From a virus, in IMG/VR virus record IMGVR_UViG_3300028920_001457, positions 1 through 64,000 of that record: a stretch of 64,000 nt of DNA. One strand, given 5' to 3'. Below are positions 23,811-34,223 of this stretch, piece after piece; the stretch's first letter is position 1, and every line of letters begins with the position of its first letter. Under the pieces are notes generated by a model. The model did no database searches. It saw only the letters and a list, made by a program, of their open reading frames with translations, and had not been told where the DNA came from. Made by a program: the position numbers and the translations under genes.

Positions 23811-25055
23811 TTAGAATAGTCTTTGTTGTTTTGCAGTGTCTTTGGGTTTCTTTTCTTCTTCCCAATTATCAATCCTTGCCTGTGCTATCTCACAATATTC
23901 TTTTTCTAATTCTATGCCTATAAAATCAAATCCTTCGAGCTTTGCACCTATTCCTGTACTGCCACTGCCCATAAACGGATCGCAGATTGTTCCTTTCGGT
24001 GGTGTTATCAATCTGCATAGATAACGCATTAAAGCAATTGGTTTGACTGTTGGATGCCGATTTCCTTCACACCCCTTATTCCTTTCGCTCCTTGAAGCCT
24101 TTGCACAATAAAAGAATCGGGAAGCAGAACCTTCATCGCCCAATCCCCCAAGATTTGATGCTCTTACATTTAAGGCATATTTACCGTATTTCCCATTTTT
24201 CCCCATGCCCCCCATAGATTTATCACCACTTCCTCCCGTACTTTTAGAATAAGGAAACTCTCTTACCACTTCATCACTACCATCGTGGATGACATTGGCA
24301 GGGAAACGACCTTGTGGATGGCTTTCTGTTACTATTTGATTATAATGACCGTAACAATTCCCATCTGGCCCCTTTGGTCTGCCTCTATTTTCTACTGTTT
24401 CTATCCTACACCCGTCAATATTCAATCCCCCTGTTCCCCATTTGAGAACATTCTCTGCAATAGTCTTTTCTGATAAGGGTTTTCTTGCAAGACAGATAGG
24501 TTCGTTAGCAGGCTTAAGAGAACTGCCCCAGCCTTCCCATTCGGAAGTGCCTTTGGTTAAAACAGTCATATCCTCACAATGTTTATCGTCTTTTCTCCAA
24601 GGCCTGTCCCAACCTTCATTTATGTGTTTCCCGCTACCGCCCTTTGCTTGCTTGTAACTCATAGGCTTACCTGTACTTGTATCTATTTTTTTGCCAACCA
24701 CTTCTCTTTCATTCCCCTGTAATTTATCAACCGCCTTACCGACATTCAGACTTTTCGGGAATCCAGAGCCGTATAACCATTGTATCTGATCTCTTATTTC
24801 AAAACCAGCATCTTCAATAGCACAAGCCATACGATGATAGGTACGGGTACCGCCAAAAGCAAGTAAATGACCACCGGGTTTTAACACCCTCAAACACTCT
24901 TTCCACATATCAACATTATAAGCTATACCGGACTTATCCCATGCTTTACCCATAAACCCTAATTCATAAGGTGGATCGGTAACAATGGAATCGACACTAT
25001 TATCCGGCATTGTCGGCAGATAATCCATGCAGTGGGTATTTAAGAGCTTTATCAT
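23811..25055 (-). CDS. N6-adenine/N4-cytosine DNA methyltransferase (beta class)
   Basis: VTDPPY catalytic motif; HPTVKP; DPFMGSGSTG SAM-binding motif. Confidence 0.95.
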   Translation of the reverse strand: MIKLLNTHCMDYLPTMPDNSVDSIVTDPPYELGFMGKAWDKSGIAYNVDMWKECLRVLKPGGHLLAFGGTRTYHRMACAIEDAGFEIRDQIQWLYGSGFPKSLNVGKAVDKLQGNEREVVGKKIDTSTGKPMSYKQAKGGSGKHINEGWDRPWRKDDKHCEDMTVLTKGTSEWEGWGSSLKPANEPICLARKPLSEKTIAENVLKWGTGGLNIDGCRIETVENRGRPKGPDGNCYGHYNQIVTESHPQGRFPANVIHDGSDEVVREFPYSKSTGGSGDKSMGGMGKNGKYGKYALNVRASNLGGLGDEGSASRFFYCAKASRSERNKGCEGNRHPTVKPIALMRYLCRLITPPKGTICDPFMGSGSTGIGAKLEGFDFIGIELEKEYCEIAQARIDNWEEEKKPKDTAKQQRLF

Positions 25056-25424
25056 CTGTTTTAAGAAGGGAATCCCCGATTTGAAGTATTAACCTAACCT
25101 GAAAAGATATGAAAACTATGAAAGTGTGTGTGGGGATTCCCTGTGTTTATCATTGTATAAGTTCTTCTGGTTTTATGTTGTATTCCTCAAGCAGGCTGTC
25201 TATCTTGTATAGTGCCATGTCCAGTCCGTCGTAGGGTGACAGGGTTACTTTCTTATCCAGGGCGTCTTCTATCTGTGCTTCCAGTTCCCTGCGTACGTTG
25301 AAGACTATATCCCATAATACCTGTGCCATATCTGTTGCTTTTGTGCAGCGCAGGAATTCCTGGTATTCATCAGAGTTTTCTGTGTTGAATTTAAGTATTG
25401 CTTCCATGGTTGCTTTATTTAATA

Positions 25425-25841
25425 TCAAAATGGGAGATCATCCGTATCCCCATCATTATCATAAGGGTTAACTGCTTCAAATGTGTCTTTTTCTTTAGCG
25501 GGCAGGCTGACATCCAAGCCATCATTACCGTTAATATCTGTATGACGGATATATAATGCACGCAGGTACGTTTTGTGCCAATGATCGGATATCTTACGTC
25601 CACAGGGCTTATATGTTATCTCCACGTGGTCGCCCACCTCAAACTGTTCAAGGTTTAGTCCCCGTCCTAATTCAAACTCGGGTAAGTCCGTAAATGTTTT
25701 ACCACCATATTCTTCTTTTATCTCAAGTATTATAGAGGGGAATTCAAATGTTTTACCTTCGTTCTTTGTTCCTTTTTTCCCATCGGCGGTTCTCACCGGC
25801 TTGGCATATATTACGCCTGTTGCTTTTGGTAGGTTACTCAT
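25425..25841 (-). CDS. DUF3127-like ssDNA-binding protein
   Basis: OB-like core (FEVGDHVEITY...GR) and acidic C-terminus DDLPF. Confidence 0.6.
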   Translation of the reverse strand: MSNLPKATGVIYAKPVRTADGKKGTKNEGKTFEFPSIILEIKEEYGGKTFTDLPEFELGRGLNLEQFEVGDHVEITYKPCGRKISDHWHKTYLRALYIRHTDINGNDGLDVSLPAKEKDTFEAVNPYDNDGDTDDLPF

Positions 25842-26500
25842 ATTTTTTTTATTAAATGTTTGATTTTTATATTTCTTTCGGCCTGGGTTTCACTTGCTTT
25901 TAGCGGCAAGTGATTTAATAAATACAACTCGTAGGCTATTGCTGATTTAATACCAAAATCCCTTATAAATGAATTTCTTTTTAATATTGCCATTTATTTT
26001 TTATTTAATAATTTTGTATAATAGTTTTCTATTACTTTAGCGAGGTCGTTAACCGCTGATGGTGTAAAGTCATCTTTGGTGGCGTCCTTATCACCTATGG
26101 TAGTGTGTTTTACTATGTGGTCTGCAAGGCGGTGTGAATACATAATCACATCATCCATACAGCTATCATACCCGCTATCGAATTTATTTGTATCATAACT
26201 GTCTATAAGGAATTCTATGGCGTCCATGAGGTCATCATGGTAGCCCCCCCTAATCCTTTCTATTGTTTCCTTTGTTATCTTATTCATAGGGTAATGATTT
26301 AAGTTCTTTTACGAGTTTTTTAAGTAGGCGGTATTCTCCCCATGTCAGCCTTATAAGGACACCCCTTGAACTTATGTCGGCGTCAAAGCCCTCGCCATTC
26401 TTCCACTCGGTAACTTCAATATAATCATTTTCATTTGCAAAATGACAAAATTCTTTTGTGGTGGCATATACCGAATTTCTTTTATAGTTTTCCATAATGT

Positions 26501-26989
26501 TTATGTTAAATAGTCATTGTTCCATGTTGATTTATTTGTAATATAGTCAACCCATTCCCATGTTTTCCTGGCTTTTTTTATGTCTTTGTCTGAGTAATAA
26601 AGATACCATAGCACCATTTCCCAATATAGGTCTTCGTCGTCTACGGAGGCCACCCACCACGAACAGAACTGCCATCCGAAAAACCATATCTGAAATGACG
26701 GCGACCACTCAAAACGCGGTGTGCCATACTTGTCTTTCCATCCCAAACCATACCTGACAACCGCCATAGGCCAGCCATAGCTTATATCATAACCAAACAA
26801 CCTGATGTAACTACATCTTAAAAACTTTGGTCTTTTCTTGCGTATTGTAAGTATAGTTCTGTTAAAGTTCCATGGGTCAAAATATGGTGTGCCATGTCTT
26901 ATTCTACCGAAGTAATACCTCTTGCGGGGTAACACGAAAACCCCGTCAATCTGTTTCAGTATCTTTTTAAAGCTTTTCATCAGTCCCAT
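26501..26989 (-). CDS. Trp/Tyr-rich hypothetical phage protein
   Basis: 162-aa ORF with LGWKDKYGTPRFEW. Confidence 0.6.
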   Translation of the reverse strand: MGLMKSFKKILKQIDGVFVLPRKRYYFGRIRHGTPYFDPWNFNRTILTIRKKRPKFLRCSYIRLFGYDISYGWPMAVVRYGLGWKDKYGTPRFEWSPSFQIWFFGWQFCSWWVASVDDEDLYWEMVLWYLYYSDKDIKKARKTWEWVDYITNKSTWNNDYLT

Positions 26990-27698
26990 TCAAATGCTGT
27001 GGGGTCCCTGTTTTCCAGTCCGCACCTGAGTGCTAATTCCACATCACAATGATAAATTATCATTTCATTATCTATCATCATACATGTTATTCCACGTAAT
27101 GCATCGTGAAACTTTTCCATATTTATGTCAGGGTATTGCTTTAGCAGGGTTTGTATTTCCTTGCCGGTAAATCCTTCTTTGTTTTTTGTTGGAAAGTTAT
27201 TCACTATGTCGGTTATTTTATTCATCGCCCGCTAAAGTTTAAACCACAAAAGTAAATAACAGAATTGATATTTCCAAATAAAAAGGTAATTATTTTCTTC
27301 TGATCCCCGCAAAAGATATTATTTACTTCCATTATGTATTAACTTTTGTCGGACTTTTGGCGTTCTTCTATTTTCTTAATAGCTTCTGTTAAGTCTGCCA
27401 CAATATCCTTTGCATCGGCCAATGGTAAAACGATAAACCTATCATAACCATCATTATCGCTAAGTATAACAAATAAATCATCATTTGCATTAAGGTAAAT
27501 CTGAAGCTCAGAATAGTTATAATCTGTTTTTTCTGCTTTATAAATTTTGTTGTGTGCCATTTTTTATAAGTTTTAAATTAGTATTATTACTTTTGTCGGC
27601 TCAAATATAAATAGTATTATTGGAAAAAACAAAAAATTCACTTAAATAATTTTCCCCCTAAATAAGAATATATTTCTTTCTTTTCTTTTCCTTTCCTT

Positions 27699-27763
27699 TG
27701 TTGACATGTGTTGACATGTGTTCAACAAGTGTTAACATGTGTTGACATTTGTTGACATTTGTT
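27699..27763. repeat. Six tandem 10-11 bp iteron-like repeats (TGTTGACATG consensus), candidate replication origin
   Basis: tgttgacatg x2, tgttcaacaag, tgttaacatg, tgttgacatt x2, at the 3' end of the initiator-like gene. Confidence 0.75.
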
Positions 27764-28175
27764 CCTTTTCTTTTGCTAATTTAGCAAGTTTTTTTTCTTC
27801 TTTACGGCGCTTTGCACTTTCTTTCCCCGCCTTAGACCTTTTCTTTGATAATTCCTCTCTAATAGCTATATTTCTCACCACCCTTTCTGACCAAAACATT
27901 TCACCATCTGCTGTAAAAAGCCGATATGGGTTTATACACTCATAGATAATCTTTTCTACTTCCTCGGGTGTTAATTTCATTTGGATAGCCACCGACATAT
28001 ATATATATTTTTCAAATGGAAGGTGGTGGTTTCTATCCTCATGTAGCATTTCTATCAATCGCCAATACACGCCATAGCCAGTAGCGCCAAACTGACTTAA
28101 GAACGACTGCATCTTAGGATCATTGGTTGGATTGTAGTCGTGTGGAAAATAATAAGCGTCTTTCTGCTTGCTCAT
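27732..28175 (-). CDS. Replication initiator N-terminal domain (DUF4373/Lin1244-like)
   Basis: YYFPHD...DPK...GYGVYWRLIEML...FWSERV. Confidence 0.75.
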   Translation of the reverse strand: MSKQKDAYYFPHDYNPTNDPKMQSFLSQFGATGYGVYWRLIEMLHEDRNHHLPFEKYIYMSVAIQMKLTPEEVEKIIYECINPYRLFTADGEMFWSERVVRNIAIREELSKKRSKAGKESAKRRKEEKKLAKLAKEKEQMSTNVNTC

Positions 28176-28229
28176 GTGACTTTATTTAATTAAGACCCCC
28201 ACAAAGTAACAAACCCAATAAAGGGAAAG

Positions 28230-28310
28230 TCACGAACCTTTAATGGGAATTATTACCTGCGAGGGTCTATTGTTATTCTTAAGTTTGCTGATTGTTGTGA
28301 CTTTTACCAT
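28230..28310 (-). CDS. Putative leader peptide (MVKVTTISKLKNNNRPSQVIIPIKGS) upstream of the initiator gene
   Basis: ATG just after a TATCTTTG promoter; stop lies in the loop of the 28193-28268 hairpin. Confidence 0.4.
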   Translation of the reverse strand: MVKVTTISKLKNNNRPSQVIIPIKGS

Positions 28311-28415
28311 AGCGCAAAGATACAAATAATATTTTTATCATAATCCCCGCAAAAGTAAAATTAATATATTTAAAAAGCAAGAAAAAGTTTGGAAATTTTA
28401 AAATTATGATTAACT

Positions 28416-28829
28416 TTGTGGGCAGAAGCAGTCAGTAGACATAGAAAGGAGAAACAGAAGATGATGACAATTAAAATTGAATCAGCACGTAAATCTGAAT
28501 TTGGTTGGGTTGAGGAAACCCGACTTATCGAAACAAAACCAAATGAAATATATCTAAGAAAAATTGGGTATGTTACATTTGATGACTTCCTGAAATCTCA
28601 GTCTGAATACGCAAGTAATACTAATCATGCCGTACCCACTGCGGAGTTCGGTGATTCACCAAAACCCGAAACTAAAGATAGGGAACGGTGGTATTTGGTT
28701 GGTAATTATTATGTGGACGAGAGAATAATACACGGGTTTATCGTTTTTAATGGTATGGTTTATATAATGCAAGACGGCAAAACCGTTGATAAGATTGCCA
28801 TAGGCGACCAAAACGACGAAAAACTTTAA
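28416..28829 (+). CDS. Hypothetical protein
   Basis: ORF downstream of TAACTTTG promoter; first gene of the divergent + strand unit. Confidence 0.55.
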   Translation: MWAEAVSRHRKEKQKMMTIKIESARKSEFGWVEETRLIETKPNEIYLRKIGYVTFDDFLKSQSEYASNTNHAVPTAEFGDSPKPETKDRERWYLVGNYYVDERIIHGFIVFNGMVYIMQDGKTVDKIAIGDQNDEKL

Positions 28830-29048
28830 TTTAACAAATAAAAAGACTGCTTCTTTTTTCAATAAAAAATTTGCATTTTAAAAAACTATTATTAACTTTG
28901 CATTTGGTTTATTTCAAGCATGCCCGCCAGGGAAATAACAGAATATTCCTGATAATAATATGGTTAGACAACCTGGCGGGTTTCGGAAGTTCTTTTAAAC
29001 AACATAAAAAGGAGGTAGCCATGACGTAAGAACCAATAAATTACGACA

Positions 29049-29195
29049 GTGGCACAAAGAAAAAAAGAAAAGTCCAAAAGCGGAAATAAGAAACACGGAC
29101 GTAACAAACGTCCTGTTAATTCCGCGATGAGTGCGTATGTTCGGGGCAAAATCAGCCTCGATAGCTATTTGAAACAGACGAAAAAGTCTGAATGA
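29049..29195 (+). CDS. Small basic protein (48 aa, MAQRKKEKSKSGNKKHGRNKR...)
   Basis: GTG-start ORF found manually; Lys/Arg-rich. Confidence 0.45.
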   Translation: MAQRKKEKSKSGNKKHGRNKRPVNSAMSAYVRGKISLDSYLKQTKKSE

Positions 29196-29277
29196 CATGA
29201 TGGCGAAGGCAGAGGTGGTAAGGGTGGTAAGGACGAATGTGAACTGAAAGTTCTGTAAAGAAGCCTTCGCCTGACAT

Positions 29278-29356
29278 AGCGGTGGAGTGAAACGGATAAA
29301 TAAATCATTCGAGTCTCATAATCTCGAGATAGTGGGTTCAACTCCCACGACCGCAA
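29278..29356 (+). tRNA. tRNA-Met(CAT), initiator-like
   Basis: Anticodon loop CTCATAA, T arm GTGGG-TTCAACT-CCCAC, 1:72 mismatch. Confidence 0.8.
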
Positions 29357-29379
29357 CAAGATTAAACAATGATAAAAAT

Positions 29380-29646
29380 ATGGCTTTATTAAGATTCCCT
29401 ATTTTATTTACTGAAGAAGAGTATGAGAAGGCAGAAAACCTTGGTCTTGATCCCAAAACAAAGAAAGGGTGGGTGGTGATAAACACTGTTACTATCTGTG
29501 CCTATAATGAAATGGATAACGGTAATGTCCTTGTACGTATGGCAAATGGGGAATGTTATGAAATCCCGCTATTGGTAAAAGATTTTGAAAAGATATTAAA
29601 AGATATAGAATCTATGGTGGAACTCACTACCATAGGTGGTAATTAG
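29380..29646 (+). CDS. Hypothetical protein (start MALLRF)
   Basis: Start revised to lie downstream of the tRNA. Confidence 0.55.
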   Translation: MALLRFPILFTEEEYEKAENLGLDPKTKKGWVVINTVTICAYNEMDNGNVLVRMANGECYEIPLLVKDFEKILKDIESMVELTTIGGN

Positions 29647-29863
29647 TTCTTTCTTTGTTTTGTTCTGGCAGATGGGTCTGCATGGGAACGCCGGGGTTAG
29701 TCCCCGCGCCATTCATTTATAAAAGACATTAACAGGCGTGGGGGAAGTCCTCATTCATTAACCATTGTCGTTGTTCGGCGTGCGTGGCGACATAATTTGT
29801 GATACCCCTATCGGATATGGGGCGCTGTAAGGTGATACACAATGGAACAGGCAAAATTAAAAT

Positions 29864-29890
29864 ACCCGCCTTTTCGGGGCGGGTTTCTTT
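29864..29890 (+). terminator. Intrinsic terminator (probably bidirectional)
   Basis: ACCCGCCT-TTTC-GGGGCGGGT plus T-rich tail between convergent units. Confidence 0.75.
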
Positions 29891-29905
29891 ATTTACGGGT
29901 TTTGA

Positions 29906-30829
29906 TTATCGGGCATCCGAACGCAAGAGCAGGTTTTTTCTTGCGGGTGTTATTTCGGTACTTCGCTTATGGCTGACAGCGCCACAGTCCTTACACCTTA
30001 CTGTTTCATATCTGTTCATTGGTGTGTAATAATAAGAATCGGTTTCTTCGATATTAAATGAACCACAATTAGGGCATGCGGGTGCCTTGGCTTGCATGAT
30101 AAGTGGTAGGTTGGGATGTGATTTTATCCATGGTCTGAGCTCTATATAAACTTCCTCAAGAAGTGTTACGTCTTGTTCACAGTATTTTTCCATATATTTC
30201 AATTGTTTGGCATCGCCTTCCTCGCAATCTATCCAAAGCTGATAATTTGTTTCTAACTTTTCTTTTCTTATCATTAGTTTGCCAAGGTAGTTAAGCGAAT
30301 TAGAAGAAAACCGGAAGTGTTTTCTGCCTACCTTACAAGTGTCTATTGCCTGATAGGGTAATGGTGGCTTTAGTCCGTTTAATATGAAGCGTGTGTTCGC
30401 CTTGGGTAGATCGAAGGCATTGCCGTTGTGTGTAATTATAATGTCAGAATCATTTATTAAGTTCCATAATGACTTACATATCCTACTGTCATTGCGTTCC
30501 CTGGCTTCTTTGGAAGTAACGAAATCAGACATTATTTCCTGGTCGAAAAGCCATTTGGCACTCCACCCCAATATAAACCAATCCTTAATTATCTGTTGGT
30601 GTGTTATGTATTGTTTGCCAAGTTGCCAAAAACCCCCTATTATCCTTGCTGTTTCTATATCTAATAACAATACCTTCGGCTGTTGGGTTTCGTAGAAACT
30701 TTTTGCCCGAAGGTATCTGTTTAGTGTTTCTTCTTTTATCTTAAAATGCTCTATTGTTTTGGTGAGGCCATGTTCATTCATAAAAGTAACTACTTCGTCA
30801 ATACGGTCGGGTGTTGTGGAAAATGCCAT
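29906..30829 (-). CDS. DEDD/RNase H-like 3'-5' exonuclease (YprB-like) with C-terminal zinc ribbon
   Basis: LLDIET, THNGNAFD, YCEQDV, CPNCGS...CKDCG. Confidence 0.85.
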   Translation of the reverse strand: MAFSTTPDRIDEVVTFMNEHGLTKTIEHFKIKEETLNRYLRAKSFYETQQPKVLLLDIETARIIGGFWQLGKQYITHQQIIKDWFILGWSAKWLFDQEIMSDFVTSKEARERNDSRICKSLWNLINDSDIIITHNGNAFDLPKANTRFILNGLKPPLPYQAIDTCKVGRKHFRFSSNSLNYLGKLMIRKEKLETNYQLWIDCEEGDAKQLKYMEKYCEQDVTLLEEVYIELRPWIKSHPNLPLIMQAKAPACPNCGSFNIEETDSYYYTPMNRYETVRCKDCGAVSHKRSTEITPARKNLLLRSDAR

Positions 30830-32480
30830 AATTTCTTATTTAGTATGAATTAAGTTATCTGTATTTTCTATAAATGTATCGAATGATTTCTTACGGTGTT
30901 TTTCTTTTTTCTCTTTGAAGATTTTTGCGTCGCTTATTCTTCTTTGGTAGCCATAGTCGGCGCCATTAGCCCATATTTCCTTTAAGTTATTAAGTATTGT
31001 TTCTCTTGGCGGCTGTATCTTGTGTATCTTATCAGCCACGCTAAAGAGATAGTCCATGGGATATTTAGGGCTACTTCTTTTGGTCTGTTTCTTTTTCGCC
31101 ATAGTTATTGATTTTTGATAATGATTGCAAAAGTAAGTATAACAATCGAATATTCAAAATAAAAAGACGAATATTTTCTATAAGACCATTATTTTCGTAG
31201 AAAGTCTGCCATAGAAAACCCGCAAGAGGTAAAATATTTCTATTTATCATCAAAAACAAAGAAAAATGGAAATATATTTGGAAATTACAAAAACTGTTTT
31301 TATCTTTGCAAAAAGACAAAATATCGTCCATGGACAACACGGTTCAGAGAGAACAGAATTTCACAGAGACACTTTCAACCATACATGAGAAGCTGACACT
31401 AATGTTTCTGAGTATAAAGGAAAAGAGAGAGTTGGTAGATAGTGAGGAAATGCGAACCATCTTAGAACCCATACACAGGGCTTGGTATGATGGTGAATAT
31501 AGTTTTCACACGCAGGAATTGGATTTACCGACAGAAAGTCCTGTCCAACAGGGATTGTTCAGTCAGGTCGTCAGCGCTATAACACAGGAAAAGGAAAATG
31601 TGGCAGATAAAAATACTGGCACGGAAGTTGACAATGGGGAAGAAAAAAGGAAAGATGAATAGAGTAAGATTATTAACACAGTTGTTTAGTGATGCTTTTG
31701 GCGACATTTATTGTCCTGAAGTAACAAGTTGGACTGCACGGGGTATGTGGGTTGACCCCGATAAATATGAAATCCGCCCAAAGAAAGAATACTATGAAAC
31801 CCTCGTAAAGCACAAGGAAGAAGAAATAAAGCGTGTAGAGGAAAGGTTGTCCACGCTAAAGGAAGAAAAGGAAACCTTGCAAAAGGAAAGAAAAGCATTA
31901 GAATAGACAATACCTTAAAAACAAGAATTGGTTGTTGACAGATCAACTTGGAAGGTGAAGGGAAATTAGTTTTTCCCTTTTTTATTTGGATTTTTCAAAA
32001 GAATGATATATCTTTGGCGGAAAATAAATTTATGAAGAAGAAAAAACTGCGAAAGAGAATAAGACGATTGGAACAAGAAAATCAGCGTTTACATGATGAT
32101 ATTGTTGTTCTTATATCCGAAGATAAAGACGCAATAAGTGTCACAAAAGCCCGTTATTTACTTAACAAGAGGTTTGATGATGCCCTTTGGGACGGGAACA
32201 TTGTTGGGGGCATTAACGTGAAATACAAACATCCTTTTAATATTAATTATTTATGAAACGCAAAGATTTTTTAAGAAAGATAGGACTGGGTGCGATTGGT
32301 GTTGCTGTTGCACCAATGCTTATTTTAGAAAACAAAAGAAAAACCTCTGGGGAGCGCCATCTTAAAAAAACAGGGTTTTATAGAAAATATCCGCTCACAT
32401 ATAGGCAATGTTGGTCGCCCGGGGAAATATTAAAAATATATAAGCAAACGGGAGGATTAATCATGTGTTCCGTATAAATA

Positions 32481-33479
32481 ATGATTTCAGTCCTCATTCC
32501 AACCATAAATGATACCGAGCTTGGCGACACACTAAAGCTATTAAGAGAAACTACCGAGTATTCCTCGGATGTTGAGATAATAATAATCAATGACGGCGGC
32601 GATATACCAAATTGTGATTTACAAAATGGTAAACTGATAAACAATGGCAAGAATTGGGGTGTCGGTTATTCTTTCGACAGGGGGGCAAAACACGCAAAGG
32701 GTGATATTATTATCATTATGGGTTCTGATGTACGCCCAAGGCACGGATGGCACAAAAAGGTGTTCAACACCGTCTCAAACAACCCCGGTATTTTGGGTTG
32801 TGCTGTCAGCGTAGGGCTGAACCCCAAAAGAATGAATATGGAAGATAAGGGGTGTTTTAGGCGATATGGGGCAGACTTATTATTTACGGTGTCTGAGGAC
32901 GACCTGCCAGAGAAGTCCGCTCTAAGGGGAAAAGAAGGCGGTTATACGGCATTATTTAAAGGTAAGTGGAAACACGGTAAAGAAAACGATAGTCCCTATG
33001 AAATACCATGTCTTATGGGTGCATTTTATTTCACAAGCAAGGATTATTATTTTAAACTTCATGGCTGGGACACAGAAGAAGGTAATCCCTGGTGCGGACA
33101 TAGATATTGGTCGGGTCTTGAACCCCACATAAGCCTTAAATCATGGTTACATGGTGGTGGCTGTATGCTATACCCCGACATAGAGGCAGGACATGTTTTT
33201 GCAAGGCTAAGAAGATCACGCAGATACAGGCATGGGTTGCGTAGTGCTGAATGGATGTGGTGGAATTCGCTGTGGACACTTGAGACAATGATACTAGATG
33301 CCGACTTGAGAAAAAAACTATATGACTTTCCTATTCCTGAACTGAACCTCGGCAAAGCTAAAAAAATGATAAAAGATCATTATTCAGAAGTAGAGAGAAT
33401 CAGAGAAAGAAACCGCCAAGAGTTCAAATACGACCACACAATATTTACAGATAGGTTTGGGTATGAGTTTAATTTTTAG
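32481..33479 (+). CDS. Glycosyltransferase family 2 (GT-A fold, ppGalNAc-T-like C-terminal motifs)
   Basis: ISVLIPT, IIINDGG, GDIIIIMGSD, CLMGAFYF, WSGLEPHISLKSWL.GG. Confidence 0.85.
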   Translation: MISVLIPTINDTELGDTLKLLRETTEYSSDVEIIIINDGGDIPNCDLQNGKLINNGKNWGVGYSFDRGAKHAKGDIIIIMGSDVRPRHGWHKKVFNTVSNNPGILGCAVSVGLNPKRMNMEDKGCFRRYGADLLFTVSEDDLPEKSALRGKEGGYTALFKGKWKHGKENDSPYEIPCLMGAFYFTSKDYYFKLHGWDTEEGNPWCGHRYWSGLEPHISLKSWLHGGGCMLYPDIEAGHVFARLRRSRRYRHGLRSAEWMWWNSLWTLETMILDADLRKKLYDFPIPELNLGKAKKMIKDHYSEVERIRERNRQEFKYDHTIFTDRFGYEFNF

Positions 33480-33616
33480 AATAATAAAGAATTTCTTTTT
33501 CTTATTGTGGGTATCGCATAAGTTGAAATTCAAAAAAACAGAATGCCATCCCAATCGTATGTCATATTATCGCCATGCATGGAGGCTCGCTAAAGAAATA
33601 TCTGTTAATTAAATTA

Positions 33617-33919
33617 ATGGCATACTATAAAGTTACAACATATAAATTAAAATCCTTGGGTTTAAGAAGAAATCCCAATATTATGCAATTTGGCAAATAT
33701 TGGGTTATTGAACCACATCCAACATACGACAACAAAGATAACGGGGGAATATGGGTAACAAACTCATTATCGAATGCCCGCAAACTTAAAAAATATTATG
33801 AAGAAAGATACGGTATGGCAAGAATATTTGAATGTCAAATAGGAGATATACTATATCAAAATAGTTATCGCACCAAAACAGACAAGGTGAAACTCGCCAA
33901 AGAAATACTTGTTAATTAA
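33617..33919 (+). CDS. Hypothetical protein flanked by 31-bp direct repeats
   Basis: Start MAYYKV follows repeat copy 1. Confidence 0.55.
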   Translation: MAYYKVTTYKLKSLGLRRNPNIMQFGKYWVIEPHPTYDNKDNGGIWVTNSLSNARKLKKYYEERYGMARIFECQIGDILYQNSYRTKTDKVKLAKEILVN

Positions 33920-34223
33920 ATTATAACTATGGATAAACAGGAAAGAAAACTCATTGGGGATATTTTCAAAGAAGAATTAGACAGATTAAATGTCTTATGC
34001 GAGAGGGATGTGTATATTGATGATTATTATAGTACGGTAGAAGAAGCCGTCATAAGAACCGTCCAAAGATATCTTATAAGAGATCATCTAAAACCTGTGT
34101 CAAAATAAAGTGTTACCTTTACATGGTAGATAGGCGGAGATGATCTCCCGCCGACAAGAGGGTTGTCTTCGGTTATCCTTCTTCTACCATTTTCAAAACC
34201 GAATTAATTAAAAACGAAGGGAA

